A stretch of DNA of 64,000 nt, from contig JALSIC010000002.1 of assembly GCA_026981935.1 (NCBI GenBank), forward strand, positions 5,281 to 69,280. Reading direction: 5' to 3'. Made by a program: the position numbers and the translations under genes. Below, piece by piece: positions 19,613 through 32,900 of the stretch; within the stretch, counting starts at the first letter, position 1, and each line of letters begins with the position of its first letter. Origin of the DNA: Gammaproteobacteria bacterium. GTDB taxonomy: Bacteria > Pseudomonadota > Gammaproteobacteria > SZUA-140. Under the pieces are notes generated by a model. That model saw only the letters and a list, made by a program, of their open reading frames with translations, was not told where the DNA came from and did not search any database.

Positions 19613-21052
19613 TCAGCGCAGAACGGTCACGCAAAGGGCCATGAGGCCGCTGGGATAGATGCCCAGGCCGAGGATGAGCAGACCATTGGCGCTGATCGTC
19701 GCGCGCATGTCGAAATTGCTCTGCAAGGCGCTCTCGTCGCCGGGTTTGTCGAAATACATGTACTTGACGATGCGCAGATAGTAGAAGGCGCCGATCACCG
19801 CCGACAGGACGGCAAGTACCGCCAGCCACACCAGGCCGGCATCGATTACAGCCTGGAGCACGGCCAGCTTGGCATAGAAACCCACAAAGGGCGGCACCCC
19901 GGCCATGGAAAACATCAGGATCAGCATGACGAAGGCGAACCACGGGCTGCGCTCGTTGAGCCCCTTGAAATCCTCGATCTCGTCCGCCTCGAAACCGGCC
20001 CGGCTCAGCATCAGGATCATGCCGAAGGCGCCCAGCGTCATGAGTGCATACACCAGCACATAGAACATGGCGCCCGCATAGCCGTTTTCAGTACCCGCGA
20101 GGATACCCAGAAGGAGAAAACCGACGTGGGCAATGGTGGAATAGGCCAGCATACGCTTGAGATTGCGCTGGGCAATGGCAATGACACTGCCGGCAACGAT
20201 GGACAGCGCGGCCAGAATGACCAGCATGTCCTGCCACTGCACGTGCAGGGGGCCCAGCCCGTCCACCAGCAGACGCATCACCATGGCGAAGGCGGCAATC
20301 TTGGGCGCCGAACCGATGAACAGCGTCACTGGCGTGGGAGCCCCATGATAGACGTCGGGAATCCACATGTGAAACGGTACCGCCCCCAGCTTGAAGGCCA
20401 GTGCCACGATGATGAAGGTGAGCCCCAGGAGCAGCACCATGTCATCACCGGGACTCATGCGCAAGGTGTCGGCGATGACTCCGATATCCAGGCTGCCGGT
20501 GGCGCCATAGATCAGGGACATGCCATAGAGCAGCATGCCGGAGGCAATGGCGCCGAGGATGAAATATTTCATCGCCGCCTCGGAGGCCGGCATGGAATCC
20601 CGGTGCATGGCCACCATGGCATAGAGAGACAGGGACAGCAGTTCCAGCCCCAGATAGATGGTCAGGAGACTATGCCCCGATACCATGACCATCATTCCCA
20701 GCACCGCGAACAGGCCCAGCACGAAGAACTCGCCCTTGAAAAGCTTGCGCACCACCAGGTATTCCCGCGAATAGAGAAAAACGACGGCAACCACCAGATA
20801 GATGAACACCTTGAGGACATCGCCCATGCCGTCGCGGATGAAACCGCCGCTGAAGGTCAGCTCGGTGCTGTTGTTGTGAAGGCTGACGGTGAGCACCGCC
20901 GCCCCCAGGAGGGTGGCCTGACTGAGCAGGTAGGTGATCACGCGATTGCGCTCGGTCAGGAACAGATCGACGATCAGCACCACGCATGCCATGGTGAGCA
21001 CAAAGATTTCCGCCAGCGCCGGAACAAAATTGGGAAATTCGAAAACCATCAA
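19613..21052 (-). CDS. nuoN: NADH-quinone oxidoreductase subunit N
   Basis: [26 protein letters not shown]; operon position. Confidence 0.96.
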   Translation of the reverse strand: MMVFEFPNFVPALAEIFVLTMACVVLIVDLFLTERNRVITYLLSQATLLGAAVLTVSLHNNSTELTFSGGFIRDGMGDVLKVFIYLVVAVVFLYSREYLVVRKLFKGEFFVLGLFAVLGMMVMVSGHSLLTIYLGLELLSLSLYAMVAMHRDSMPASEAAMKYFILGAIASGMLLYGMSLIYGATGSLDIGVIADTLRMSPGDDMVLLLGLTFIIVALAFKLGAVPFHMWIPDVYHGAPTPVTLFIGSAPKIAAFAMVMRLLVDGLGPLHVQWQDMLVILAALSIVAGSVIAIAQRNLKRMLAYSTIAHVGFLLLGILAGTENGYAGAMFYVLVYALMTLGAFGMILMLSRAGFEADEIEDFKGLNERSPWFAFVMLILMFSMAGVPPFVGFYAKLAVLQAVIDAGLVWLAVLAVLSAVIGAFYYLRIVKYMYFDKPGDESALQSNFDMRATISANGLLILGLGIYPSGLMALCVTVLR

Positions 21053-21100
21053 TCCAGTACTTTTTTCATTTGAGTTGGCAATTCAGGTCCACAGCATTCA

Positions 21101-22618
21101 TCACAGCTTGGAGGTGGTCGCCTGCTGCAGCAGATGGTCCACGGTGGCATGCATCACATCCAGAAGCGGATCGGGCCACACGCCCACCAGCAGCACCAGG
21201 AAAGCCAGCGAACCCAGCACCACGGTTTCACGGGGATTGAGGTCACTGAGCTGCGCCACCTTTTCGTTGCCCGGCTTGCCGAAGACCACCCGCTTGATCA
21301 TCCAGAGCGTATAGGCAGCACCCAGGATCAGTGTCAGGGCCGCAAAAAAGGCATACCAGAAATTGGCCTTGAAAGCGCTCATGATCACCAGGAATTCGCC
21401 GACGAAACCCGAGGTTCCCGGCAGGCCGGTATTGGCGAGAGCGAACAACACCATGAAGGATGCAAAAACAGGCATGGAATTGACCACCCCGCCATAGTCG
21501 CTGATACGCCGGCTGTGCATGCGGTCATACATCACGCCGACACACAGGAACATGGCGCCGGAAATGAGACCGTGGGAAATCATCTGCACCAGCGCGCCCT
21601 CCACGCCCATGGCCGCCCCATGAGTATCGCCCGTGTTGGCAACGATGGCGAACACCGTGAAAAAGCCCAGGGTGACGAAACCCATGTGGGAGATGGAAGA
21701 ATAGGCGATGAGCTTCTTCATGTCCTCCTGAACCAGCGCCACGAGGGCGATATAGACCACCGCGATGAGTGACAGGGAAATGATCAGGCCGTTCAGCTCG
21801 GCACTGGCATCCGGGGTGATGGGCAGCATGAAGCGGACAAAGCCATAAGCCCCCATCTTGAGCATGATGGCCGCGAGGATCACGGAACCGCCCGTAGGCG
21901 CCTCGACATGGGCGTCAGGCAACCAGGTATGGACCGGCCACATGGGAATCTTGACGGCGAAGGCCACGAGAAAGGCGATGAATATCAGGATCTGGGCGGC
22001 CAGCCCGATCTTGACGCTGTGAAAATCCAGGATGGCGAAACTCTCCGCCTGGAAGAAGAGATAGATCAGCGCCACCAGCAGCAGAACGGAACCAAGAAAG
22101 GTATACAGAAAGAACTTGAAAGCGGCATAGACCCTGCGCGGCCCGCCCCAGATGCCGATGATGAGGAACATGGGGATGAGCATGGCCTCCCAGAACACAT
22201 AGAACAGGATGCCGTCCAGGGCGGCAAAGACGCCGTTCATGAGCCCTTCCATGATGAGGAAAGCGGCCATGTACTGGGCCACCTTGTACTGGATCACTTC
22301 CCACGCCGCGATCACCACCAGCACCGTGGTAAAGGTGGTCAGCAGGATCAGGGGCATGGAAATGCCGTCCACGCCAAGGTGGTAATGAATGTTGAAAGTG
22401 GGAATCCAGGCGGCACGCTCCACGAACTGCATATGATGCGTGGTGGTGTCGAAGGCTGTGAACAGGGGAATGGAAACGAGAAAGGTCAGGGTGGATACGA
22501 CCAGCGCCACCCAGCGCACCAGGCGATCGTCACCACTCCTGGCCGTCACCAGGGCGGCAATACCACCGGCGATGGGCAGCCAGATCACAGTACTCAGCAA
22601 GGGGAATCCAGATAACAT
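21101..22618 (-). CDS. nuoM: NADH-quinone oxidoreductase subunit M
   Basis: FWEAMLIPM, HTWLPDAHVEAPTGGS. Confidence 0.97.
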   Translation of the reverse strand: MLSGFPLLSTVIWLPIAGGIAALVTARSGDDRLVRWVALVVSTLTFLVSIPLFTAFDTTTHHMQFVERAAWIPTFNIHYHLGVDGISMPLILLTTFTTVLVVIAAWEVIQYKVAQYMAAFLIMEGLMNGVFAALDGILFYVFWEAMLIPMFLIIGIWGGPRRVYAAFKFFLYTFLGSVLLLVALIYLFFQAESFAILDFHSVKIGLAAQILIFIAFLVAFAVKIPMWPVHTWLPDAHVEAPTGGSVILAAIMLKMGAYGFVRFMLPITPDASAELNGLIISLSLIAVVYIALVALVQEDMKKLIAYSSISHMGFVTLGFFTVFAIVANTGDTHGAAMGVEGALVQMISHGLISGAMFLCVGVMYDRMHSRRISDYGGVVNSMPVFASFMVLFALANTGLPGTSGFVGEFLVIMSAFKANFWYAFFAALTLILGAAYTLWMIKRVVFGKPGNEKVAQLSDLNPRETVVLGSLAFLVLLVGVWPDPLLDVMHATVDHLLQQATTSKL

Positions 22619-22678
22619 GCTTATGCCTTATCGTATTTCCAACCGTTCACGCGTTGTCCCGCACATCCTGTCCGCACA

Positions 22679-24631
22679 TCAGAGCAGCACGTAGAAGCTG
22701 ATGAGTATGAGCAGACCGATGATCATGGCAAAGGCGTAATGATACAGCAGCCCTGTCTGGGCCTGGCGGATGCGCGCGGCGATCCAGCCAATGCCCTTTG
22801 CCGTGCCATTCACCGCCACCCCGTCGATCACCGTCTCATCGCCGGTGCGCCAGAAGAGGCGCCCCAGGCCACGGGAGCCGGCGGCAAAAAAGGCCTCGTT
22901 GAAATCATCGAAGCCATACTTCCTGTCAAGGATCCTGTAGAGGAGTTCAAAACGGGCCTTTATCAGCCCGGCCAGTTCCGGCCGCTGCAGATAGATGTAC
23001 CAGGCCGTGGCAACTCCGGCCAAGGCCAGCAGGACAGGCATCCCCAGCATGCCGTGAAAGAGAAATCCCAGCGCGCCGGTGAAATCCTCGCCGATCCTGG
23101 CCAGCACGTCATGCGCCGCGGCCACATAAATCGAATCCGCAAAGAATTCACCGAACAACAACGGCCCGATGGCCACCATGCCGACGAGGACCGAAGGTAT
23201 GGCCAGGAGGATCAGCGGCACCGTCACCACCAGGGGCGATTCCCGCAGATGGGTCCGGGTGTGTTCGTCCATGCGTTCCTTGCCATGGAACACCAGGAAG
23301 AAGGCACGGAAGGTATACAAGGCGGTGACGAAAACGCCCAGCAGCACGGCCAGGTAGGCGAAGCCCGAACCCGGCAGATCGGACGCATGCACGGCCTCGA
23401 TGATGGCATCCTTGGAGAAAAATCCCGCCGTACCCGGAAAGCCGATGAGCGCCAGGGCGCCGATGAGGAAGGTCCAATAGGTGATGGGCATGTATTTCTT
23501 CAGCCCCCCCATGTTGCGGATATCCTGGTCATGGTGCATGGCGATGATCACCGAACCCGCGGCGAGGAACATGAGGGCCTTGAAAAAGGCATGTGTCATG
23601 AGGTGGAAAATGGCCGCACTGTAGGCGGAAACACCCAGCGCCACGGTCATGTAGCCCAACTGGGACAATGTCGAGTAGGCCACCATCCGCTTGATGTCGT
23701 TCTGCACGATACCCAACAAACCCATGAGAAAGGCCGTCAGGGCGCCGATCACCAGCACCACGCTCAACGCCGTTTCCGAGAGTTCATACAGCGGCGACAT
23801 GCGCGCCACCATGAAGATACCGGCGGTCACCATGGTGGCGGCATGGATCAGGGCCGAGATGGGCGTGGGGCCTTCCATGGAATCGGGCAGCCACACATGC
23901 AGCGGCATCTGTGCCGACTTGCCCATGGCCCCGATGAACAGCAGGATGCAGATCACCGTCAGCAGGGACCATTCGACGCCCGGGAAGACCTGGATGGTGA
24001 CATCGCTGAGCAAGGGCGCGGCAGCGAAGACATCGGCGTAATCCAGGCTGTTGAAATACATGAGGATGGCGGCAATACCCAGCAGAAAACCGAAATCGCC
24101 CACGCGGTTGACGAGAAAGGCCTTGAGATTCGCATAGATCGCCGATTCCCGCTGGTACCAGAAACCGATGAGAAGATACGAGACCAGGCCCACGGCCTCC
24201 CAGCCGAAGAACAGCTGGAGGAAATTGTTGGCCATCACCAGCATCAGCATGGAAAAGGTGAACAAGGAAATATAGCTGAAGAAGCGCTGATAACCCGGGT
24301 CGTCCTTCATATAGCCGATGGTATAGATGTGCACCATCAGGGAAACGAAGGTCACCACCACCATCATCAGGGCGGTGAGACGATCGATGAGAAAACCGAT
24401 CTCGAGACGGATGCCGTCACTGATGAGCCAGGTATAGACACTTTCGTTGAAGGTGGGCGCCCCGTCGATGACGATATGCTTGAAGGCCACCAGGGACATG
24501 AGGAAGGACAGGGCCACGCCGGCAATGGTCACCCCATGGGCACCGGTCTTGCCGATCTTCCTGCCGAACAGGCCGGCGATGATGGAGCCGATCAGGGGCG
24601 CCAGGACAACTGTAAGGTAAACACCCTTCAT
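22679..24631 (-). CDS. nuoL: NADH-quinone oxidoreductase subunit L
   Basis: GWEAVG, KSAQMPLHVWLPDSMEGPTP, THAFFKA. Confidence 0.97.
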   Translation of the reverse strand: MKGVYLTVVLAPLIGSIIAGLFGRKIGKTGAHGVTIAGVALSFLMSLVAFKHIVIDGAPTFNESVYTWLISDGIRLEIGFLIDRLTALMMVVVTFVSLMVHIYTIGYMKDDPGYQRFFSYISLFTFSMLMLVMANNFLQLFFGWEAVGLVSYLLIGFWYQRESAIYANLKAFLVNRVGDFGFLLGIAAILMYFNSLDYADVFAAAPLLSDVTIQVFPGVEWSLLTVICILLFIGAMGKSAQMPLHVWLPDSMEGPTPISALIHAATMVTAGIFMVARMSPLYELSETALSVVLVIGALTAFLMGLLGIVQNDIKRMVAYSTLSQLGYMTVALGVSAYSAAIFHLMTHAFFKALMFLAAGSVIIAMHHDQDIRNMGGLKKYMPITYWTFLIGALALIGFPGTAGFFSKDAIIEAVHASDLPGSGFAYLAVLLGVFVTALYTFRAFFLVFHGKERMDEHTRTHLRESPLVVTVPLILLAIPSVLVGMVAIGPLLFGEFFADSIYVAAAHDVLARIGEDFTGALGFLFHGMLGMPVLLALAGVATAWYIYLQRPELAGLIKARFELLYRILDRKYGFDDFNEAFFAAGSRGLGRLFWRTGDETVIDGVAVNGTAKGIGWIAARIRQAQTGLLYHYAFAMIIGLLILISFYVLL

Positions 24632-24644
24632 GGCCTTGTTCTCC

Positions 24645-24950
24645 TCAACCCTTCAGTGAATCAATCTGGCCCACGTTGATGGTGCGCCGGTTGCGGAACA
24701 GGACAATGAGGATCGCGAGACCGATGGCTGCCTCGGCTGCCGCCACGGTGAGAATGAAAAAGACGAAAACCTGTCCCGCGGTGTCACCCAGATAATGCGA
24801 AAAAGCCACGAAATTGATGTTCACCGCAAGCAGCATCAGCTCGATGGCCATGAGGAGGATGAGCAGATTCTTCCGGTTGAGGAAGATCCCCGCCAGACTG
24901 ATGCAAAACAGCAGCGCCCCCAGAATGAGGAAATCAGATAATGCGATCAT
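24645..24950 (-). CDS. nuoK: NADH-quinone oxidoreductase subunit K
   Basis: [20 protein letters not shown]. Confidence 0.97.
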   Translation of the reverse strand: MIALSDFLILGALLFCISLAGIFLNRKNLLILLMAIELMLLAVNINFVAFSHYLGDTAGQVFVFFILTVAAAEAAIGLAILIVLFRNRRTINVGQIDSLKG

Positions 24951-25022
24951 TGTGGTCTTGAATATGGCCTAGTTGTTATTTTCCAGTGGTCCTCGTGACC
25001 GTCCGTCTTCCCGGCATGCCTT

Positions 25023-25652
25023 TCAGTCGCCTTCCGCCCCTTCAGCAGATCCCGCCTTTTCCGCCTCCATCTTCACCAGACGAACGCGGTCTTCACGCCG
25101 CACCAGCACCTGCTCGGCAGGATTCTGGTACTTGGTCTGCGGCCTGCGCCGCAGCGTCAGCGAGATGGCTGCCACGATGGCCACCAGCAGGATCACTGCC
25201 GCGATCTCGAAGGGATAGGCGTATACCGTATAAAGTACGCTCCCCAATTCCGCCGTGTTGTTGTAATCGGCGCCGTGGCGGGGTGGCGGTGCAACCTGAT
25301 CAAGGCCGAAATTCTCCGGACCCACCACCACCGCGATCTCCAGCAGCATGATCACGGCCACCACCAGGCCCACGGGCATGTACTTGATGAACCCCTCCCG
25401 CAAGGGCGTGAGGTTGATGTCGAGCATCATCACCACGAACAGGAAGAGCACCATCACCGCGCCCACATACACCAGCACCAGGACCAGGGCCAGGAATTCC
25501 GCTTCCAGAAGCAGCCACAAGGCAGCGCTGTTGAAGAATGCCAGCACCAGAAACAGGGCCGCAAACACCGGGTTGCGTACCGCAATCACCATCACGGCGG
25601 CAAAAACCAGAACGGCGGAGAAAATATAGAAAAGGACGGGCTCGATGCTCAT
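25023..25652 (-). CDS. nuoJ: NADH-quinone oxidoreductase subunit J
   Basis: VYVGAVMVLFLFVVM, YPFEIAAVILL. Confidence 0.96.
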   Translation of the reverse strand: MSIEPVLFYIFSAVLVFAAVMVIAVRNPVFAALFLVLAFFNSAALWLLLEAEFLALVLVLVYVGAVMVLFLFVVMMLDINLTPLREGFIKYMPVGLVVAVIMLLEIAVVVGPENFGLDQVAPPPRHGADYNNTAELGSVLYTVYAYPFEIAAVILLVAIVAAISLTLRRRPQTKYQNPAEQVLVRREDRVRLVKMEAEKAGSAEGAEGD

Positions 25653-25694
25653 AAATTTCTGCTTGTTGTGAGTTGTTTCACCTGCCCCGGGATC

Positions 25695-26183
25695 TCAGCG
25701 ATACGGTGCATCCGCGGCGCGGTCGGCGGCAATCTGCTGTTCGTACTTGTCGCCCATGGCCAGCAGCATTTCCTTGGTCATGATGTTCTCACCGCGGTTC
25801 TCGAAATGATATTCGTATTCCCGGGTCTCAACAATAGCATCCACCGGGCAGGCTTCTTCGCAGAAGCCGCAATAGATGCATTTGAAAAGATCGATATCAT
25901 AGCGCGTCGTGCGCCGGGAACCATCTTCGCGAGGTTCCGCCTCGATGGTGATGGCCAGCGCCGGGCAGACCGCTTCGCAAAGCTTGCAGGCGATACAGCG
26001 CTCCTCGCCGTTGGGATAGCGGCGCAGGGCGTGGCGCCCGCGAAAGCGCGGCGACTGCGGTGTTTTCTCCTCCGGGTACTGGACGGTTATCTTCTTGGCG
26101 AAAAAGTATTTGCCCGTCAGGCGCAACCCCTTCAACAGCTCCAGCAGCACGAAGCTCTTCAATATCTGTTGCAGGCTCTTCAT
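25695..26183 (-). CDS. nuoI: NADH-quinone oxidoreductase subunit I
   Basis: [12 protein letters not shown] and [12 protein letters not shown] 4Fe-4S motifs. Confidence 0.97.
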   Translation of the reverse strand: MKSLQQILKSFVLLELLKGLRLTGKYFFAKKITVQYPEEKTPQSPRFRGRHALRRYPNGEERCIACKLCEAVCPALAITIEAEPREDGSRRTTRYDIDLFKCIYCGFCEEACPVDAIVETREYEYHFENRGENIMTKEMLLAMGDKYEQQIAADRAADAPYR

Positions 26184-26216
26184 CGTTTCACCCTCACGGT
26201 AGATTTTCAGCCACGC

Positions 26217-27272
26217 TCAGTCGAACCATGGACCGAGATGTGCCATGATGGCCACCCCGATCACCAGCAGCCAGACGATAGTGATGGGAATGAACACCTT
26301 CCACCCCAGGCGCATGATCTGGTCATAGCGGTAGCGGGGAAAGGTGGCCCGAAACCAGAGAAACAGGAACAGAAACACGGACATCTTGAGCAGCAGCCAG
26401 ACGATGCCCGGCACCCAGGCGAACAGGTCCTCCAGCCCCGGGATACCCTGGAACGGTGACAACCAGCCCCCCAGGAACATCACGGCAGTCAGGGCCGATA
26501 TCAGGATCATATTGGCGTATTCGGCCAGAAAGAACAGCGCGAAGCTCATGCCGGAGTACTCGACGTGGAAACCGGCGACGATCTCCGATTCGCCCTCCGC
26601 CACGTCGAAAGGCGCGCGGTTGGTTTCCGCCACGCCGGAAATGAAATAGACGAAAAACAGCGGCAGCAATGGCAACCAGAACCAGTGCAGGAGACTGCCT
26701 TCCTGGGCGCGCACGATCTCGCCGAGGTTGAGGCTGCCGGCGGCCATGAGCACCCCCACCAGGGCGAATCCCATGGCGATCTCATAGGCGACCATCTGTG
26801 CGGCGGAACGCATGGCGCCGAGAAAGGCATACTTCGAGTTGGAGGCCCAGCCTGCAATGATGATGCCGTACACGCTCAGCGAGGTCAGGGCCAGCACATA
26901 CAGCAGCCCGGCGCTGATGTCCGCCAGCACCATGCCGTCATCGAAGGGTACCACGGCCCAGGCGGCAAGCGCCGGCGCCAGGGCCAGCAGCGGTGCCATG
27001 AGAAACAGGAAGCGGTTGGCCCGGGTGGGAATGATGATCTCCTTGAGGGCCAGCTTCAAGCCATCGGCTATGGGCTGCAGCAGCCCCCGCGGTCCCACGC
27101 GGTTGGGCCCGATACGCACCTGGATATAACCGATCACCTTGCGTTCCGCCAGGGTCAGATAGGCCACGGCCAGCATGATGGGCACGGCAATGGCGAGAAT
27201 CTTGACGATGATCCACAACAGGTTCTGCCATGTCTCGGGAATGGCTTCCCATACTGCCAACAGCGTTTCCAT
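26217..27272 (-). CDS. nuoH: NADH-quinone oxidoreductase subunit H
   Basis: [23 protein letters not shown]. Confidence 0.97.
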   Translation of the reverse strand: METLLAVWEAIPETWQNLLWIIVKILAIAVPIMLAVAYLTLAERKVIGYIQVRIGPNRVGPRGLLQPIADGLKLALKEIIIPTRANRFLFLMAPLLALAPALAAWAVVPFDDGMVLADISAGLLYVLALTSLSVYGIIIAGWASNSKYAFLGAMRSAAQMVAYEIAMGFALVGVLMAAGSLNLGEIVRAQEGSLLHWFWLPLLPLFFVYFISGVAETNRAPFDVAEGESEIVAGFHVEYSGMSFALFFLAEYANMILISALTAVMFLGGWLSPFQGIPGLEDLFAWVPGIVWLLLKMSVFLFLFLWFRATFPRYRYDQIMRLGWKVFIPITIVWLLVIGVAIMAHLGPWFD

Positions 27273-27406
27273 GATGCGCGGCCTTCGTTCCCCTTCTTCT
27301 TATCGGTTCTTATCGGATTTCGGAAAAAAAGCAGGGTGCGTTCCTGCCGGGCGCAATGCCCGGAAAAGCAACCTGATGAATCATCTCGCCCGGGTTACGC
27401 GACATG

Positions 27407-29830
27407 TCATCCCCCCTGCGATGCCTGGATCTTTTCCAGCGTCACGGCAGCGCCCACTGCGCCCAGGGCGAGTGTCTCTCGCAATGCCTGCGGTATCAGC
27501 ACACAGTTGTCGGGCACGCGATCATCCACGACGACTTCAAGCGATGCCTGTCCCTGCCCGCCTTCCTCCTTCACCAGCACCCGCTCCCCGGCGCCAAGCT
27601 CGAGGCGCCTGGCCGTCCTGGCATTGATGCCTGCCCGGGGAACACCCGCATCGGCCGTCTGTTGCAGGGCTGTGGCCCGGCGCACGATCCCGTCACACGC
27701 ATAGAGCGGCACGTCGCCGAGCCGGACCGTCGCCTCACCAACCACATTCAGTTCTTCAGGACAGGGCCAGTCACAGTCGTTGCCGGGCTGCCGGTCACCC
27801 AGCAGACCGCGCGCTTCGTCACGGACTTCTTCCGAGGACAGGTAATCGAAACCCGCCACGTCGCAGAGGTTGCCCAGCACGCGCAATACCTTCCACGCGG
27901 GCCTGGCCTCGCCGCGCGGCGCCACCGCCCCCTGAAAGCTCTGCCAGCGGCCTTCCACATTGACAAAGGTTCCCGCAGTTTCGGTCCAGGGCCCCACAGG
28001 CAACATCACATCCGCGCAGGCCGCCAGGTTCTCGCTGTGGAAAGGCGTCAGGGCAACGACGAAATCCGCGCCCGCCAAGGCCGCCGTGGCAGCACGTGGC
28101 ACGGCGCAATCATACTCGGGCTCCACTCCCAGGAGCACATAGGCGCGGCGCCCTTTTTCGAGCATGGCGCGGGCATCCAGCCCCGCCTCCACCTGCGCGC
28201 CCGCCGGCCCGCGGTGCGGCACGGCCCCCGCCAGCCAGGCGCCCGCGGCATTGGCGCCATCACTGAGAAACCCCAGGCGCCCCCTGGCAGCACGGGCAAC
28301 CACGTCTGCCAGGGCGCAAAGCGTGCCGAAGGCAGGATGCATGAATGCCTGGCTGCCCAGCAGCACCGCAACCCGCCCGCCGGCGGCGAGGCGCCGCGCC
28401 ATGTCCTGGTTGACATTCTTGATGCGCACCTGCTTGAGGAGGTTCCTGATGTCGTCCGGCACAGGCACCTTGGTCTGGGACAACAGGGCCTTGGCCGTCG
28501 CCGCCAGTTCGCGTTCCATGGCCGCGGGCGCGCCGGCAAGCTGGGTGTGAACGGGAAAATTGAATTCGTAGGCCACGGGATTGATGAACATCACGGCCCC
28601 GCCGCCCAGTGCCGCCTTGCGCAGGCGCAGGCCTGCCAGCGGCTGTTCCTTGCGCACATTGGAGCCGATCAGGAGAACGGCATCGAGGCGCTCCAGGTCG
28701 GCGATGGACTGCCCCAGCCAGGGAAACAGCGGCATGTGTTCCTGGGCGCTGAAATCCAGCTGGCGCAGGCGATGATCCACATGGTGACTGCCCAGGCCGC
28801 GCACGAGTTTCTGCAACAGGTACATCTCTTCCACTGTCGCGTTGGGCGATGTGAGGGCGCCCAGGGCATCCCCGCCATGCGCAGCAACGATCTCGCGCAG
28901 GCGCTGTGCCGTGAATTCCAGCGCTGTACTCCAGTCCGTTGCCTGCCATTCGCCGTCACGACGGATCAGGGGCTGTTCGAGGCGCTCCGGGCTGTTGACC
29001 CCCTGGTAGCTGAAACGGTCACGATCGGAGAGCCAGCATTCGTTGATGGCCTCGTTCTCGCGTGGATCGACACGCATCACCTCGTTGCGCCGCACCTTGA
29101 GAAGGATGTTGGAACCCAGGCAGTCGTGGGCGGCGATCCCCTCGCGGTCTTCCATCTCCCAGGCGCGCGCTGTAAAACGGAACGGCTTGGAGGTCAGCGC
29201 TCCCACGGGACAGAGATCGATGACGTTGCCCGACAGTTCGGAATTCACCGCGCGCTCGATGTAGGTGCCGATGCGGGTGTTCTCGCCACGGCCGGTGGCA
29301 CCGAGTTCGCGCACGCCGGCGACTTCCTCGCCGAAGCGCACGCAGCGGGTGCAATGGATACAGCGGGTCATCTCGGTGGCGATGAGCGGTCCGATGTCCT
29401 TGTCGGGCACGACGCGCTTGGGCTCATGATACTCGGACCGATCGCTGCCGTAGCCAATGGAGATTTCCTGCAGATCACACTCGCCACCCTGATCACATAT
29501 GGGACAGTCCAGCGGGTGGTTGATGAGCAGAAACTCCATGGTGCCGCGCTGGGCCTCGATGGCGCGGGGCGAGCGCGTGTAGACCTTCATGCCCTCGGTC
29601 ACCGGCGTGGCACAGGCAGGCAAGGGCTTGGGCACCTTCTCCACTTCCACCAGGCACATGCGGCAATTCGCCGCGATGGAGAGCTTCTTGTGATAGCAGA
29701 AGCGGGGAATGTCGATGCCGGCGGCATCCGCCACCTCTATGATCATCTCGCCGCGCCGCGCCTGCAGGGGGCGACCGTCGATCTCGAGACTGATGAGATC
29801 CTGTTTTACGTCGTCCGCCGTCGCACTCAT
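27407..29830 (-). CDS. nuoG: NADH-quinone oxidoreductase subunit G
   Basis: [29 protein letters not shown]; ATG 29830 overlaps the nuoF stop. Confidence 0.96.
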   Translation of the reverse strand: MSATADDVKQDLISLEIDGRPLQARRGEMIIEVADAAGIDIPRFCYHKKLSIAANCRMCLVEVEKVPKPLPACATPVTEGMKVYTRSPRAIEAQRGTMEFLLINHPLDCPICDQGGECDLQEISIGYGSDRSEYHEPKRVVPDKDIGPLIATEMTRCIHCTRCVRFGEEVAGVRELGATGRGENTRIGTYIERAVNSELSGNVIDLCPVGALTSKPFRFTARAWEMEDREGIAAHDCLGSNILLKVRRNEVMRVDPRENEAINECWLSDRDRFSYQGVNSPERLEQPLIRRDGEWQATDWSTALEFTAQRLREIVAAHGGDALGALTSPNATVEEMYLLQKLVRGLGSHHVDHRLRQLDFSAQEHMPLFPWLGQSIADLERLDAVLLIGSNVRKEQPLAGLRLRKAALGGGAVMFINPVAYEFNFPVHTQLAGAPAAMERELAATAKALLSQTKVPVPDDIRNLLKQVRIKNVNQDMARRLAAGGRVAVLLGSQAFMHPAFGTLCALADVVARAARGRLGFLSDGANAAGAWLAGAVPHRGPAGAQVEAGLDARAMLEKGRRAYVLLGVEPEYDCAVPRAATAALAGADFVVALTPFHSENLAACADVMLPVGPWTETAGTFVNVEGRWQSFQGAVAPRGEARPAWKVLRVLGNLCDVAGFDYLSSEEVRDEARGLLGDRQPGNDCDWPCPEELNVVGEATVRLGDVPLYACDGIVRRATALQQTADAGVPRAGINARTARRLELGAGERVLVKEEGGQGQASLEVVVDDRVPDNCVLIPQALRETLALGAVGAAVTLEKIQASQGG

Positions 29831-31137
29831 GCTGCTTGCTCCGCTGCCGCGCCGCCGGGGCCGGGACCGTCCACCAGACAGCGCTTGTGTTCGATGTGAT
29901 AGGCGAATTCGTCCCGGAAGTGCTTGAGAAAACTCTGTACGGGCCAGGCCGCGGCGTCGCCGAAGGCGCAGATGGTGCGTCCCTCGATGCGTCCTGCCGT
30001 GTTGATCAGCAGTTCCAGATCCTCGGGACGGCCCTGGCCGTTCTCGATGCGGTTGATGACCCGCCACATCCAGCCCGTGCCTTCGCGGCAGGGGGTGCAC
30101 TGGCCGCAGGATTCCTTGAAATAGAAACGGGAGATGCGCAACAGGGCCCGGACCATGCAGGTGCTGTCATCCATCACGATGACCCCGCCCGAGCCCAGCG
30201 CGGAACCCACCTTGGCCAGGGAGTCGTAGTCCATATCGCATTCCATGATGATGTGGGCGGGCAACACCGGCATGGAGGAGCCGCCGGGTATGACGGCCTT
30301 GAGCTGGCGGCCGTCCCGCACACCGCCCGCCATCTCCAGCAGTTCGCGAAACGGCGTGCCGAGGGGGATCTCGTAGTTGCCCGGCCTGTTGACGTGCCCC
30401 GAGACGGAGAAGATCTTTTCCCCCCCGTTGTTGGGCCGTCCCAGCTTGAGAAACCAGTCCGCCCCCTTGCGCATGATGGCGGGTACAGATGCCAGCGTCT
30501 CGGTGTTGTTGATGGTGGTGGGGCAGCCGTAGAGCCCGAAATTGGCGGGGAAAGGCGGCTTGAAACGGGGCTGGCCCTTCTTGCCCTCCAGGGATTCCAG
30601 CAGCGCGGTCTCCTCGCCGCAGATATAGGCGCCCGCGCCGAGATGGGTATGAAGTTCGAAATCGAAACCCGATCGCAGGATGTTGCGGCCGATGTAACCG
30701 GCGGCACGGGCCTCTTCCAGTGCGGCCTCGAAACGCTCATAAGGCTCGTGGTGGAATTCACCGCGCAGGTAGTTGTATCCCACCGTCGCGCCGATGGCAT
30801 AACCGGCGATGGCCATGCCCTCGATCACGGCATGAGGGTTGTAACGGAGAATGTCGCGGTCCTTGCAGGTGCCGGGCTCACTCTCGTCGGAATTACAGAT
30901 GATGTATTTCTGTCCCGGCGACTGGCGCGGCATGAAGCTCCATTTCAGTCCGGTGGGAAAGCCGGCACCGCCCCGGCCGCGCAGCGCGGATTTCTTCAAG
31001 GTGTCGATGATGTCTTCCGGGGCGATCTTCTTCTTGAGAATCTTTTCCCAGGCCTGGTACCCCCCTTCCTTGCGGTAGTTTTCCAGGGTATAGGGCTTGT
31101 CATATTTGAGGGTCGTGAAACAGACTTGATTCGTCAT
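29827..31137 (-). CDS. nuoF: NADH-quinone oxidoreductase subunit F
   Basis: [28 protein letters not shown]. Confidence 0.97.
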   Translation of the reverse strand: MTNQVCFTTLKYDKPYTLENYRKEGGYQAWEKILKKKIAPEDIIDTLKKSALRGRGGAGFPTGLKWSFMPRQSPGQKYIICNSDESEPGTCKDRDILRYNPHAVIEGMAIAGYAIGATVGYNYLRGEFHHEPYERFEAALEEARAAGYIGRNILRSGFDFELHTHLGAGAYICGEETALLESLEGKKGQPRFKPPFPANFGLYGCPTTINNTETLASVPAIMRKGADWFLKLGRPNNGGEKIFSVSGHVNRPGNYEIPLGTPFRELLEMAGGVRDGRQLKAVIPGGSSMPVLPAHIIMECDMDYDSLAKVGSALGSGGVIVMDDSTCMVRALLRISRFYFKESCGQCTPCREGTGWMWRVINRIENGQGRPEDLELLINTAGRIEGRTICAFGDAAAWPVQSFLKHFRDEFAYHIEHKRCLVDGPGPGGAAAEQAA

Positions 31138-31141
31138 GACG

Positions 31142-31645
31142 TCACTCCAGGCCATCGAGAATGGCATCCACCTTCTCCGGGGTGAGATGCTCGTAATAAT
31201 GGCCGTCGATGGCCATCATGGGGGCACCGGCACAGGCGGCCAGACACTCTTCCTCACGCTTGAGGGTGAACCTGCCGTCGGGCGTGGTCTCGCCCACCTT
31301 GATGCCCAGCTTGTTTTCGATATGGCGGATGATGTCGTCGCCGCCGCAAAGCATGCAGGATATGTTGTTGCAGACCGTGATCTTGTGACGCCCCACCGGT
31401 TCCAGGTCGAACATGCTGTAGAAAGTCGCCACTTCATAGACGGCAATGGGCGGCATCTCCAGGTACTCGGCCACGGCATCCATGAGCTCCGTGCTCAACC
31501 AGCCGCCATTGTCCTCCTGGACGAGGGTGAGGGCCGTGAGCACCGCGGATTGCTTGCGATCCTCGGGATACTTGGCCAGCCATTGATCGATCTTGTGCCG
31601 CGTAGCCTTGGAAATCGCGGCGCGCTTTTCCTTCACAGCAGACAT
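31142..31645 (-). CDS. nuoE: NADH-quinone oxidoreductase subunit E
   Basis: [24 protein letters not shown]. Confidence 0.96.
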   Translation of the reverse strand: MSAVKEKRAAISKATRHKIDQWLAKYPEDRKQSAVLTALTLVQEDNGGWLSTELMDAVAEYLEMPPIAVYEVATFYSMFDLEPVGRHKITVCNNISCMLCGGDDIIRHIENKLGIKVGETTPDGRFTLKREEECLAACAGAPMMAIDGHYYEHLTPEKVDAILDGLE

Positions 31646-31646
31646 A

Positions 31647-32900
31647 TCAGCGATCTATTTCTCCAAAGACGATATCCTGGGTTCCGATGATGGCCACCAC
31701 GTCGGCCAGCATGTGCCCCCGGCACATCTCATCGAGTGCCGCCAGGTGGGCGAAGCCCGGTGCGCGGATCTTGAGCCGGTAAGGCTTGTTGGCACCATCC
31801 GAGATGATATAGATGCCGAACTCGCCCTTGGGATGCTCCACGGCCGCATAGGCCTCTCCCTCGGGCATGCAGAAGCCTTCGGTGTAGAGCTTGAAATGAT
31901 GGATGAGAGACTCCATGTCGCCCTTCATTTCGGTGCGCTTGGGGGGTGTGATCTTGTGATTCTCCAGCATCACCGGGCCGGGATTGGCGCGCAGCCAGTC
32001 GATGCACTGGCGGACGATGCGGTTGGCCTGGCGCATCTCCTCCATGCGCACCAGATAGCGGTCATAGCAGTCGCCATTGACCCCCACCGGAATATCGAAG
32101 TCCAGGCGGTCGTAGACATCGTAGGGCTGCTTCTTGCGCAGGTCCCACTCGATGCCGGACCCCCGCAGCATGGGACCGGTGAATCCCAATTGCAACGCCC
32201 GTTCCGGCGACACCACGCCGATCCCCACCGTGCGCTGCTTCCAGATGCGGTTGTCGGTGAGCAGGGTCTCGTATTCGTCGAGATAACCGGGGAAACGCTC
32301 CGTGAAATCCTCCAGGAAATCCAGCAGGGACCCCTGGCGGTTGCGGTTGCGCTGCGCGGTTTCCTTGGCATTGTGCCATTTGGAAGGCTGGTACTGAGGC
32401 ATGCTGCCGGGCAGATCGCGGTAGACACCGCCCGGACGGAAATAGGTGGCGTGCATGCGGGCGCCTGAGACGGCCTCGTAGGCATCGAGAAGATCCTCGC
32501 GCTCGCGGAAGGCATACAGGAACACGGTCATGGCGCCGATATCCAGTGCATGCGCCCCCACCCACAGGAGATGGTTCAGGATCCGGGTGATCTCGGCGAA
32601 CATGACCCGGATATACTGGGCCCGCAAGGGCGGCTCGATGCCCAGCAGCTTTTCCATGGCGAGCACGTAGCCATGCTCATTGCACATCATGGAGACATAA
32701 TCGAGCCGGTCCATGTAACCGATGCTCTGGTTGTAGGGCTTGGTCTCCGCCAGCTTCTCCGTAGCCCGATGCAACAGGCCGATATGCGGATCCGCACGCT
32801 CGATGACCTCGCCGTCCATTTCCAGCACCAGGCGCAACACCCCATGGGCGGACGGATGCTGCGGCCCGAAATTCATGGTGTAGTTGCGAATCTCAGCCAC
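31647..32900 (-). CDS. nuoD: NADH-quinone oxidoreductase subunit D
   Basis: [23 protein letters not shown]-terminal GEIDR; start GTG 32900. Confidence 0.97.
   Translation of the reverse strand: MAEIRNYTMNFGPQHPSAHGVLRLVLEMDGEVIERADPHIGLLHRATEKLAETKPYNQSIGYMDRLDYVSMMCNEHGYVLAMEKLLGIEPPLRAQYIRVMFAEITRILNHLLWVGAHALDIGAMTVFLYAFREREDLLDAYEAVSGARMHATYFRPGGVYRDLPGSMPQYQPSKWHNAKETAQRNRNRQGSLLDFLEDFTERFPGYLDEYETLLTDNRIWKQRTVGIGVVSPERALQLGFTGPMLRGSGIEWDLRKKQPYDVYDRLDFDIPVGVNGDCYDRYLVRMEEMRQANRIVRQCIDWLRANPGPVMLENHKITPPKRTEMKGDMESLIHHFKLYTEGFCMPEGEAYAAVEHPKGEFGIYIISDGANKPYRLKIRAPGFAHLAALDEMCRGHMLADVVAIIGTQDIVFGEIDR

Noticed and set aside
22739-24679. Long antisense ORFs (646 aa here; also 38895-40853, 42548-44566, 27404-29899, 18-1037)
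   Set aside because: They mirror well-supported genes on the opposite strand, carry no recognisable motifs and are expected in high-GC coding DNA
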